The position numbers and the translations under genes are program-made. Shown piece after piece: positions 9,637 through 18,581 of a stretch of DNA of 33,066 nt. This DNA is from Verrucomicrobiota bacterium. GTDB taxonomy: Bacteria; Verrucomicrobiota; Verrucomicrobiia; Limisphaerales; JAKPVM01. Numbering within the stretch: the stretch's first letter is position 1; each line of letters starts with the position of its first letter. The stretch covers positions 25,135-58,200 of the forward strand of contig JBAMMJ010000036.1 of assembly GCA_039793825.1 (NCBI GenBank), in the 5' to 3' direction. Under the pieces are notes generated by a model that saw nothing but the letters and a program-made list of their open reading frames with translations, ran no database searches and had not been told where the DNA came from.

Positions 9637-10485
9637 TTAGTCTATCTCCCCTTTTACCATCTTAAATACTGTTATAGCGTCCCTGTAATCAGGGATTACA
9701 ATATCGGCGCCAACAGATAACAACCTGTTTCGTTTCCATTCATCAATTCTCCCAGAGCCGTTGTTAGCCTCATCGCTCGCCACGGCTATTGCCACGCCAC
9801 CAACCTCTTTTGTATTTTGAATTTCAACATACCCATCTCCAATGGACAACAATTGGCTCCCGTCTATGTTATTTTCCTTTAATATTCTCTCAATAACCAT
9901 CTTTTTGGAATAGGACTGGTAGTTATCCACAGCGCCATAAATATGGGGTCGGAAATATTTTGAAATATCTAATAAATCCGCTTCTTCTGTGACATAAAAC
10001 TCATCCGTGCCGCTTGCCAGATACATTTTAAAACCTCTCCTGTGAAGGTATTCAAGGAAATCCCTCGCGCCATATACAAGATACTCATCAGGCAAGATTG
10101 TCTTATTTCTCAATTTCTCTTTTCTATCTGCAATCCTCTGGTCAAGTCGCCGCAAATATTCATATTTATACCATAATGGGTCTTGCGGGGTTCCTCCTCT
10201 CTCTTTAACGCGTTCAGAAAATTGAATCATCTGGTAGATTGTCTGTTTTCCGTTAAGCCGCATCACGTCCTCTGTCATCAATTTTCTTACATCTTCGTCG
10301 GTTTCGCCCGGCAGTCTTGGAAGAAATTCCATAAACATCGGAATCATCACCTCAGGCCAGCCTTCTCTTATCAATGATAAGGTGCCGTCAAAATCAATAA
10401 GAATATGGCTTATATTAGGGCGTGGTTTAAACCCGTCGCTGACCTCAACATAACCTTTGAATAATTTGTCGGTCTTAATTATCAC
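9637..10485 (-). CDS. HAD-superfamily phosphatase/hydrolase with a large cap insertion
   Basis: Motif I is DxDGT (LIDFDGTLS), motif II is YLASGTD, and motif IV is SIGDGYVE. It is the first gene of the operon, lying 14 bp upstream of the next ORF. Confidence 0.8.
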   Translation of the reverse strand: MIIKTDKLFKGYVEVSDGFKPRPNISHILIDFDGTLSLIREGWPEVMIPMFMEFLPRLPGETDEDVRKLMTEDVMRLNGKQTIYQMIQFSERVKERGGTPQDPLWYKYEYLRRLDQRIADRKEKLRNKTILPDEYLVYGARDFLEYLHRRGFKMYLASGTDEFYVTEEADLLDISKYFRPHIYGAVDNYQSYSKKMVIERILKENNIDGSQLLSIGDGYVEIQNTKEVGGVAIAVASDEANNGSGRIDEWKRNRLLSVGADIVIPDYRDAITVFKMVKGEID

Positions 10486-10596
10486 AATGATATTAAAAGC
10501 AAATTTAAGTCAAATTTGCAAAATTAGAATTAATCCAGAAAATATAAAGTTGAATTCTATCCTGTTTCAAAACGTCATATCAGATGTCTTTCTTCT

Positions 10597-12276
10597 ATGA
10601 AAAATTTAATATGTTTATTAGTTGACAGATGGACAGTTTTGGTTGTTTCGCTAATAATTGTCATAGTCAGTTTATTATCATTCAATTTAACTGCGCAAAA
10701 AGGAGCAGCAAATCCATCGGTTTTTTTCACTGATGCAGTAACAAGAGTATTCCAGGATGATATTCCAGGCACCAATTTCACAATCACAATATACACGGCA
10801 AAAAACGAGTATGAACCGTTCCAGGTAGTTCTCTATGGCGGCGCTAAAGGTTTAAAAAATGTCTCTGTTTCCTTCTCCCCACTCACAAACAAAAACGGCT
10901 TCATATTGAACGCGACTAATGTCTTTGCCTACAGGGAACATTATGTTGAAATCAAAACCAACAGCCCAAAATCAACATTAAAACCCGGCTGGTATCCGGA
11001 TGCCCTGATACCCCTTGTAAACCCATATACAGGAAAACCATTAAAAGGAAATAGATTTGACGGAATGCCATTTGACGTCCCGCCAATGAAAAACCAACCA
11101 ATATGGGTAGAAGTGTATATCCCGTCTGAAACATCCCCGGGCGATTATATTGGAAAAATCATAATCAATGCCGATGGATTTTCTACAACTCTATTCTACA
11201 AAGTAATTGTATGGAAATTCACCCTACCCGAACGGCCTTCACTTCGCTCAAATTTTGGCGGCTTTGGAACACGTATGGCAAGAGGACATAAAGTTGAGCA
11301 AAAAAGCGAATTATTTCGGACTCTTGAATTTCGCTATAGCTCAGAATTAGCCAAACATAGGATTTCACCGTTAATCCCTTCTTATTTAATGCCACGAATA
11401 AATCAAGACGGTTCAATCAACATAGATACCGATTCACTCAATATATTAAAAAAATGGATGAACGATTTTCATATAACAGGATTCCCACTGAATTTGATAG
11501 GTACAGACCCGCTGGGAAAAGATAGAGAACGAACAACTCGCTACCTGCGACAGATGTATGAGTTTTTAAAAACAAATGGATGGGAAAAATTGGCTTATAT
11601 CTATGTATTAGACGAACCAAACGACCAAGCCGCTTATGAACAGGTGCGTCAAAGGGCAAAGTTAATTCACGAATCACAGCCGGGAATTAAAGTTTTATGC
11701 ACAGAACAACCAGTTCCCCAAAAGTCTGAATGGGGAACACTTGTTGGAAGCGTTGATATTTGGGTCCCGTTATGGCCCCTATTTGAAGAAAAGTCTGTTG
11801 CTGAAAGGCTTGTGGCAGGCGAAGAAGTATGGTCTTACACTGCTCTGTGTCAGGGCGCAAAAGGGCGCGATACACCGTTCTGGCAAATTGATTTTCCATT
11901 GCTAAATTATCGGATATTCAGCTGGATAAGTTTCCGCTACGGGTTAAATGGAATACTTTATTGGACAACTGTGTACTGGGAAAAAGCCGGTGATGTCTGG
12001 ACAAACCCGCAAACTTACCGAGATTTTAATGGCGAGGGGTCTTTGTTCTACCCCGGTCTGGATGTCGGATTAGATGGACCGGTTACGTCAATCCGTTTAA
12101 AACAGATACGCGAAGGTATTGAAGATTTTGAATATTTAAAACTTCTCGCTTCAACCCAACCCGAAAAAGCAAAACAACTCGTATTGAAAATTGCCAGAAG
12201 CTGGACTGACTGGGAAAAAGAACCACAAAAACTTTATTCAGTTAGATACGAAATTGGAAAATTATTATCTAAATAA
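10597..12276 (+). CDS. Membrane-anchored or secreted DUF4091-type (GH123-like) glycoside-hydrolase-domain protein
   Basis: An N-terminal TM/signal segment is followed by the block YTAKNEYEPFQVVL, a later W.YTALCQG block, and GILYWTTVYW. These are typical of DUF4091 family proteins as I recall them. This is a family-level call only. Confidence 0.55.
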   Translation: MKNLICLLVDRWTVLVVSLIIVIVSLLSFNLTAQKGAANPSVFFTDAVTRVFQDDIPGTNFTITIYTAKNEYEPFQVVLYGGAKGLKNVSVSFSPLTNKNGFILNATNVFAYREHYVEIKTNSPKSTLKPGWYPDALIPLVNPYTGKPLKGNRFDGMPFDVPPMKNQPIWVEVYIPSETSPGDYIGKIIINADGFSTTLFYKVIVWKFTLPERPSLRSNFGGFGTRMARGHKVEQKSELFRTLEFRYSSELAKHRISPLIPSYLMPRINQDGSINIDTDSLNILKKWMNDFHITGFPLNLIGTDPLGKDRERTTRYLRQMYEFLKTNGWEKLAYIYVLDEPNDQAAYEQVRQRAKLIHESQPGIKVLCTEQPVPQKSEWGTLVGSVDIWVPLWPLFEEKSVAERLVAGEEVWSYTALCQGAKGRDTPFWQIDFPLLNYRIFSWISFRYGLNGILYWTTVYWEKAGDVWTNPQTYRDFNGEGSLFYPGLDVGLDGPVTSIRLKQIREGIEDFEYLKLLASTQPEKAKQLVLKIARSWTDWEKEPQKLYSVRYEIGKLLSK

Positions 12277-12462
12277 AAAGGTTTTTTGCGCTGATTTTTA
12301 AACAATCTTGCTCATTTGCCGGTATCCTTTTATGAATTATTCACCCTGATAATAAGAGACTTACCAATGATTCCGATTCAATCTAAAACCATCTCCATTA
12401 TTCATTTGATAATGGGCTGATTTTAAATTAACCTATAAAGGAAAACAGGGCTCGGATGAGAA

Positions 12463-12756
12463 ATGAAAAATAAACGAAAGCCGCCTGAAATCTGTCCAAA
12501 CTGCGGGGCATTTGTTCCTGAAAACGCGCTTGCATGTCCTGAATGCGGCTCTGATTATGAAACCGGATGGTCTGAAAGGGCTTATTCACAAAGATTGGAC
12601 TTACCCGATGAGGAGTTTGATTATGATGAATTTATCAAGGAAGAATTTGAGAAACAGGAAAAGGGGCAATTTAGAAAACACCGAGCGCTATGGGGTTTAA
12701 TCGCGATAATAATCGTTATAATAATACTAAATTGGTACTTCGGTTTTATCAGGTGA
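12463..12756 (+). CDS. Small zinc-ribbon protein with an acidic linker and a C-terminal transmembrane anchor
   Basis: CPNCGAFVPENALACPECG supplies a CxxC...CxxC zinc ribbon. The C-terminal hydrophobic helix is ALWGLIAIIIVIIILNWYFGF. The TGA stop is followed by an in-frame TAA. Confidence 0.6.
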   Translation: MKNKRKPPEICPNCGAFVPENALACPECGSDYETGWSERAYSQRLDLPDEEFDYDEFIKEEFEKQEKGQFRKHRALWGLIAIIIVIIILNWYFGFIR

Positions 12757-12790
12757 TAAAATGAATTAACCCGACTGGTTATCCAAAAAT

Positions 12791-14641
12791 CTAAAACAAC
12801 CTTTCTTGCATAGGGTCAATTGGCTTTTCAATTCCAAGAGGTTTTACAAGTTCAAAGTTGCATAATCTTACTTCTGGTTTTCCAAAAGTATCTATCAACA
12901 ACTTATCATCTGGCGTAAAGGTGATTAAAAGATGATCGGGTTTAAGATTCAGGTCTTCATATCCACATCTAATTAGCCGGCCTTTTGCATGTTCTATTAA
13001 ATCATTCACCTGGTCCTCATTGATTAATCCTGATTGCATCGCCTGTCTGGCATTAAGTCCCCTATAAAAGAGTCCATCTTTTTCAGCAAGATATTCGTCC
13101 GGACCATTCCAGAATCCCCAGATGGTTATGTATTCATGGTTAACCTCCAGCAATGGAAAATTATCGGGCGTTCGCATCTTATTAAACAACTCAAACCTGC
13201 TTAAATCTTGAACCAGTTCTATGTTTTTCCTTAAACTACCTGTTCTGTAAATTGCTCTTGGATAAATAGTTCTAAAACCTGATCTTGACAACTTCAATGC
13301 GTAGGCAAATTCTTCAAATGGCGAATTATAACCGTAGGCTATGGCGCGCCTTAACATCTTTTGGTCGGTAATTCTTGCCGGGCGCTCTCCCATTCTTGAA
13401 ATTCGCCACACAAGTTTGATATTGTCTTTTGTCTGGGTATAAAACACCCGATTTTTCAATGACAAATCGCGTTTTGGGGTCCTTCTCCATCTTTCAGGCA
13501 AGAAATAATTAAACAAATCAGGGTCTCTTCCAACAACCCACAACAAACCGCCAGTGCTCTCAGCCCTTCCATAAATATAATCAACCCCGAGAATGTTCAT
13601 TGCCTTCAGATGAACAGGCATAGGTTTTTTGTCCTGTATTTCAAAACGTTTCGCCATATGTTGAAGGTAATACTTACGATTTGCGCTCCTGACCGCCTGC
13701 TCATGCTCGGGAGTTCTTGCCAATAACTCATAATCCACGACCGCATAGACTATCTGGTTGTTCCGATCTCTTAGTAAAGTTCCATCTCGCCTGAGCCTTA
13801 ATATTACGTGCTCGGGTTTCATATCTATTACTCTGTAGCCCTTTTGTTCCAATTCGTGTATGGCAAGCATTGTAACCCGAGCAAGAAACTCATCGCGTTC
13901 CACCCCTTTTAATCCCAAACGTTCAGCGGTTTCTACAGCGTCATATCCTTTAATCCATTCAAATAGCAAAACGTACTGGCGAAGGATATCCAATTCAATC
14001 CCGGGATGTTGAGCGATCTTTGCTGCGATTTTTGCCTCGCTCCTTCCGGTCTGCCATAATTGAAAACGTTGGCTTGGAACAAAAATACCCAATGGTCTCT
14101 GCACATTGATACGAATTCCAGCCGGACCACTTTTGCTTTCTCTTAACTCCGTTACAAGCGCAAATTCTTCAAACGGACTATTAAATTCTGCATTTATAAA
14201 TTTATTGATAGTTAGAGTATCAAGCGGAACCTGTTCCCCCACTCGCGACCATTTAACGACAAGTTGCAATACTCGTCCATCCACCTCGCGAGTTGGCACT
14301 TTATAAACTATGCTCGTTCCAATTAACCGCTCGCTCTTTGTTTCAAACCATTCCTTGGCGTACCAATTCTCAGGTAGTAAATGTTCCCAGAATTTTACTC
14401 CATGCTTTGACAAATATAAATCGCCACCATCCTCGGTCTTCAAATACGCATATTTTACCCCAAGCAAATCTATTAAAGATGTTTCAGGCGGAAGTGGTTT
14501 CTTTAATGCAAATCCAAATTCATGTTCAAGGCGGCAAAGTTGCACATCCCTTTCGTTAAACCTATTGTCGGCTGTTTTAACAATCGGGTTTGATAAACCG
14601 CCGTTTGCGTCGTCTCCATTAGCTGAATATCGGTCTTTCAT
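12791..14641 (-). CDS. Tandem protein-kinase-like protein: N-terminal catalytically competent-looking module plus C-terminal degenerate (pseudokinase-like) module
   Basis: The two halves align to each other. They share the blocks (F/Y)NSPFEEFA, GY..(ID/LN)(M/L)KP(E/D)H and (D/N)(Y/F)EL(L/V). K130/D273/D303 in the first half correspond to R413/N565/N595 in the second. Confidence 0.6.
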   Translation of the reverse strand: MKDRYSANGDDANGGLSNPIVKTADNRFNERDVQLCRLEHEFGFALKKPLPPETSLIDLLGVKYAYLKTEDGGDLYLSKHGVKFWEHLLPENWYAKEWFETKSERLIGTSIVYKVPTREVDGRVLQLVVKWSRVGEQVPLDTLTINKFINAEFNSPFEEFALVTELRESKSGPAGIRINVQRPLGIFVPSQRFQLWQTGRSEAKIAAKIAQHPGIELDILRQYVLLFEWIKGYDAVETAERLGLKGVERDEFLARVTMLAIHELEQKGYRVIDMKPEHVILRLRRDGTLLRDRNNQIVYAVVDYELLARTPEHEQAVRSANRKYYLQHMAKRFEIQDKKPMPVHLKAMNILGVDYIYGRAESTGGLLWVVGRDPDLFNYFLPERWRRTPKRDLSLKNRVFYTQTKDNIKLVWRISRMGERPARITDQKMLRRAIAYGYNSPFEEFAYALKLSRSGFRTIYPRAIYRTGSLRKNIELVQDLSRFELFNKMRTPDNFPLLEVNHEYITIWGFWNGPDEYLAEKDGLFYRGLNARQAMQSGLINEDQVNDLIEHAKGRLIRCGYEDLNLKPDHLLITFTPDDKLLIDTFGKPEVRLCNFELVKPLGIEKPIDPMQERLF

Positions 14642-14772
14642 TACAATACTTTATAAAACTTCACTATAAAATTTAACCCATATTACCACCTTCGCAAATG
14701 TTTTAAAATAGGCTGTCAGAGTCGCCACACTATGCTATCCTTATCCTTTAGCGTTAGAACAAACAGAAGCTC

Positions 14773-17700
14773 CTATTTCTTAATCCGCACAATTGTCTGA
14801 TTAACAATTGGCGCCGTTGTTGGAAAGTAATTGACTTTCCCATCGTATGATATCACACGAACATAATACTCAATGTCGTCGTCGGAAAAATCTTCAATGC
14901 TTACTTTATAAACTCCGCGGTTTAAATGCTTAAAATTGAGTTTCTTAAATGCGCCTTCGCCTAATTTTCGGTAAAAGATAACTGTTTCTTTTGGCAATTT
15001 CTGCGATAAAACAATTAACTTTAAACTAAACGGCTCGCCGCCTAATAGGGATGTTCTAACCGTTGGCAGGATCAGTCTGGTTGGTCCAGTGTAGATTGTT
15101 GGTGGATATAAATCCGGTGGTAATTTTTCACCTAAAATCTTCTCCATCTCGGCGCCGGGTTTCACAAGCAAATCGGTGTATATATGCTGCTCCCAGTTGG
15201 CTACAGTGCCCATTTCTCCGGGCGTGCTTAAGGTTGCAAGAAGATATTTATATACCTCGCCAAGACAATTGATAATTTCCCGTCTTGCGGGGAAGACATT
15301 CTTCCGTATTAATTCTTTTTTCTTTGACTCGTTATCCTCTTTCTTTGCAATACCGAGTTCATTTGTGAATTTTCCCCAGACGCATCTCAGCCGCCCCATT
15401 GATTCCATATATTTAAATGCATTGAGCCAGTAATTAAATCTTTCGGTATATAATTTCCCCTTAACCAGGGGTTTTAATGATTCAAACTCGCGGACAAATT
15501 GATACTCTTTAGATACAACTTCCCACTGCCGATTATCGGGTCTCATCCCGCCCGGACCTTCAACCCAGTCAGATGGACGCGGCAGTTTACAATCTATTTT
15601 CTCAAATATTTGAGCCGCCTTTACACCTGCTTCTGCGCCAAATTCATTTTTAGCCCAATCAAAATAAAAATCTTTCACGGGAGCAAATGGCGATTCTACT
15701 TTTTCAGAAGGTTGCCAGTCAGCCGCATAATCTTTATACGCAGGTCCGCCGCAATTTATCTTTTTGCAAATTCCTTCGCCTTCAATCACAATCGCAGCGA
15801 TAGCAGGAAATTCTTTTATATAGGTAAAACCTATATTCAGCCATTCATTCGTAACTTGAATGTTTTCAAACCTGTAATCCAATGCGCGGTTTTTGCCTAC
15901 CTTTTCAAAAATATCAAGTTTCTCAATTACAAGCTTATCCTGAAGACTCACACCAAAAATTCGTTTCCCCTTTTCATTATAATGAAGCTCGCAGAATTTT
16001 AATGTGACTGTGTATTTGCCGTTAGGAAGTTTAAAATTATATTCGCTCATATCATATCTAACCGTGCGATATACAACAGGGTCGTCTGTGCCGGAAATAT
16101 CTGCTTTATCAAACGCGGCATATTTTCCTCCTGCCGGTCCTTCAACAGTCGGCAGAGCATCAATTCTCGTAAGATTTGTATTCCAGGGATATTGCGTCCA
16201 GGCTGCTTGAGCCAGCGCGAGAATGTTCGGCGATAGAATCTTTGTTCTCCAATGAATGCCCATCAACCCATCACATCCATAACGATAAGCGTCGGCGGCG
16301 TCTCTGCGCATTCTGCCAGCCCAGAGTTGAGGCGATGTAAGGGCAGGGTCGTCTTCAAGCCACGGAATAGCCCATTTACTCCTGCCCTTAACTTTTATAA
16401 AACCCTTTTCCACAGGCGTTCGTCCGACATCCCGATTAATGCAACTTACCGCGATATCTTTAGGCAAAACCCTATCAAACAATGCCCTATCCTGTTGCGG
16501 ACCTAAAACCCAGCCGCAGGTTGCAAGAGCAAAAGGCGGATTAACTTCTTTATGAGCCATAATCGCCGCATTCAGATCGTTAATTGTGTTTGTGACTTCT
16601 TCGGGCTTTGTGCCTTCCCAGGTCCAGTGTTCAGGTGTCCAGAACCAATAATAATCAATCGGATATTTGTTCATAATCCGCTTAAATATCCCAGCGTAAA
16701 GCTCTTTAATAACTTCATTATCTGAGGGGAGCTTGTCTTTTGATTTCAGACGTTCAGTCACAAGTTTTGGCACAACCAGCGGAGTTTCTGTCCCGACACA
16801 GGTTTTTATTCCAAGAATTCTGGCGTATTCAAATACGCTCTTCAACATATCGCCGGTTCTGTTAAAAACCTCGTTACATTTATCCGGTTCTGTTGGCTCA
16901 GGCATAAGGCCAAACATTACCTCTGCCCCATAATCATCCCGTTCAAACAAGCTGGCTGAACCAAAAGTGAATTCGCCTGTCTTTTTCGCCTTATATCCCC
17001 AATTACCTCGTAATGTGTTTTGGTAACTCGCAGGGTATGCATACTTTACATTGCCATTTTCATCTGCGTCTTCTTTCAATCCGATCCATACTGTTGGTTC
17101 AGCGTTTGGACGTTTTTCAGGATAGGTGTGTAACCCAATAAAGTTCATCTTCAATTTTGGTAGTTGTGATAATATTGCCATATAATCTTCGTAATTCCAC
17201 CAATCCGGTCCTTCGGGAAAATCGTGAAAAGGCTGAATCCCACGAAGGCGAAACATCGGTTTTCCAATTTCTGTAAAAAACTTTAACTTCTCTGCAGCCG
17301 GTTCTCTCTTCCGGGTTAACAATTCTGCTCCTTTTGGAATATCTGTCGGTTTTTCAGCTATAATCAACCTCTCTTCGGGAAGATGATCGCCGTGCAAATA
17401 AAACCTTACTCCCATATTTTCAATAAACCGATACGCGGCATAAAGAACGGCAATTTCGTCACCGCCAGTAAGTAATTGGATTTTTCTGTCTGTCTGAACA
17501 ATTTCAGCAGCAATATAAGATTGCGGTTCTAATCCGATCATCTCTGATTCAATCCAACCATCAGTTGCAAGCTGTCTAACAATCCGCCAATTTTTATCTC
17601 CGATAACGATAAGGTTACCCCACTCCGGAAGACGTTTTGAGGCTATTTCTACGTTGACCAATATCCCGGTCCTTAAATAGATATACCTTCTCAATTCGCG

Positions 17701-17901
17701 GGCGGCAAATTGTTCAAGCGAAGAGCTCTGCTCGCGAATTACAATCCTTAACGGAGGTGTTCCTGGCGGGACTGGATCATTATATCGTTGCGCCATTAAA
17801 TCATTTCCAAGAAACCATAACATCAAAAAGTAGATAAACCAACGGAATGAACAATAAACGATTATAGAAATATCCCGACTTTGACTGGCTGATTTTTCCA
17901 T
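14773..17901 (-). CDS. Large secreted glycoside-hydrolase-like protein with an internal malectin-type carbohydrate-binding domain
   Basis: The 1042-aa product has an N-terminal hydrophobic anchor. An N-domain (AARELRRYIYLRTG...GDEIAVLYAAYRFIENMGVRFY) resembles the N-terminal domains of GH67/GH115/GH20-type enzymes, and a TIM-barrel-like core follows. A malectin-like block, YRTVRYDMSEYNFKLPNGKYTVTLKFCELHYNEKGKRIFGVSLQDKLVIEKLDIF, spans about aa 590-710 (nt 15772-16134). Confidence 0.65.
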   Translation of the reverse strand: MEKSASQSRDISIIVYCSFRWFIYFLMLWFLGNDLMAQRYNDPVPPGTPPLRIVIREQSSSLEQFAARELRRYIYLRTGILVNVEIASKRLPEWGNLIVIGDKNWRIVRQLATDGWIESEMIGLEPQSYIAAEIVQTDRKIQLLTGGDEIAVLYAAYRFIENMGVRFYLHGDHLPEERLIIAEKPTDIPKGAELLTRKREPAAEKLKFFTEIGKPMFRLRGIQPFHDFPEGPDWWNYEDYMAILSQLPKLKMNFIGLHTYPEKRPNAEPTVWIGLKEDADENGNVKYAYPASYQNTLRGNWGYKAKKTGEFTFGSASLFERDDYGAEVMFGLMPEPTEPDKCNEVFNRTGDMLKSVFEYARILGIKTCVGTETPLVVPKLVTERLKSKDKLPSDNEVIKELYAGIFKRIMNKYPIDYYWFWTPEHWTWEGTKPEEVTNTINDLNAAIMAHKEVNPPFALATCGWVLGPQQDRALFDRVLPKDIAVSCINRDVGRTPVEKGFIKVKGRSKWAIPWLEDDPALTSPQLWAGRMRRDAADAYRYGCDGLMGIHWRTKILSPNILALAQAAWTQYPWNTNLTRIDALPTVEGPAGGKYAAFDKADISGTDDPVVYRTVRYDMSEYNFKLPNGKYTVTLKFCELHYNEKGKRIFGVSLQDKLVIEKLDIFEKVGKNRALDYRFENIQVTNEWLNIGFTYIKEFPAIAAIVIEGEGICKKINCGGPAYKDYAADWQPSEKVESPFAPVKDFYFDWAKNEFGAEAGVKAAQIFEKIDCKLPRPSDWVEGPGGMRPDNRQWEVVSKEYQFVREFESLKPLVKGKLYTERFNYWLNAFKYMESMGRLRCVWGKFTNELGIAKKEDNESKKKELIRKNVFPARREIINCLGEVYKYLLATLSTPGEMGTVANWEQHIYTDLLVKPGAEMEKILGEKLPPDLYPPTIYTGPTRLILPTVRTSLLGGEPFSLKLIVLSQKLPKETVIFYRKLGEGAFKKLNFKHLNRGVYKVSIEDFSDDDIEYYVRVISYDGKVNYFPTTAPIVNQTIVRIKK

Positions 17902-17951
17902 AGTTTGATGTTATTCATTGCATATAAATACAATCAGTCAATCAAATTATT

Positions 17952-18581
17952 TTATGTCTTATCAAATTCACTAATTATTTTTTGGTAATCCTCTGGTGTG
18001 TCTATATCCAGCAAAAGATTGGTTTCGTTGGTTTGAAACAGTCTTACCGGCGCATCGGTCTTGTGTATGAACTCTTTCAATGTTTCTCCGCTAAAATCAT
18101 TGATTGTTCTGAATAGATTCGTCGGAATAACGATTGGATGCGCGCGCTTTTCCCCAATTGACGGCTGGCAAATGCAGCCTTCATTTGCTTCCGAAAACTT
18201 CAAGAGTGTCGTAAGAATGTCAGTTTTTATATGGGGTTGATCTCCGAGGACTATGACGATTTTGTTAATATTGTTTTTCCAGCCATTCCATAAAGCTGCC
18301 CGTTTTATTGATGAAAACATCCCGTTTTCCGGCGTCGGATTTACAATTATATTAGAAAAATCAAAATTCATCCTTTTCAACTCTTCAATTATAGAATCTG
18401 TTTTATCATTTATAACAATTGCTATCTGACCAACACCGAGTAGACGCCACTGGTTAACAATATGTCCAATGATCGTTGAACCTGCCCATTTCAAAAGAAG
18501 TTTGTTCTCGCCCATCCTGGTTGATAAACCTGCGGCAAGAATTAAACAACCGATGTTTTTATTAGAATTATGGTGTTTCAC
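17952..18581 (-). CDS. MobA-like NTP transferase, probable molybdenum-cofactor cytidylyl/guanylyl-transferase (MocA/MobA type)
   Basis: The motifs are CLILAAGLSTRMGENKLLL (LAAGxSxRMG), VLGDQPHI, RAHPIV and DIDTPEDY. The GTG start overlaps the TGA stop of the upstream xdhC fragment (GTGA). Confidence 0.7.
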   Translation of the reverse strand: MKHHNSNKNIGCLILAAGLSTRMGENKLLLKWAGSTIIGHIVNQWRLLGVGQIAIVINDKTDSIIEELKRMNFDFSNIIVNPTPENGMFSSIKRAALWNGWKNNINKIVIVLGDQPHIKTDILTTLLKFSEANEGCICQPSIGEKRAHPIVIPTNLFRTINDFSGETLKEFIHKTDAPVRLFQTNETNLLLDIDTPEDYQKIISEFDKT

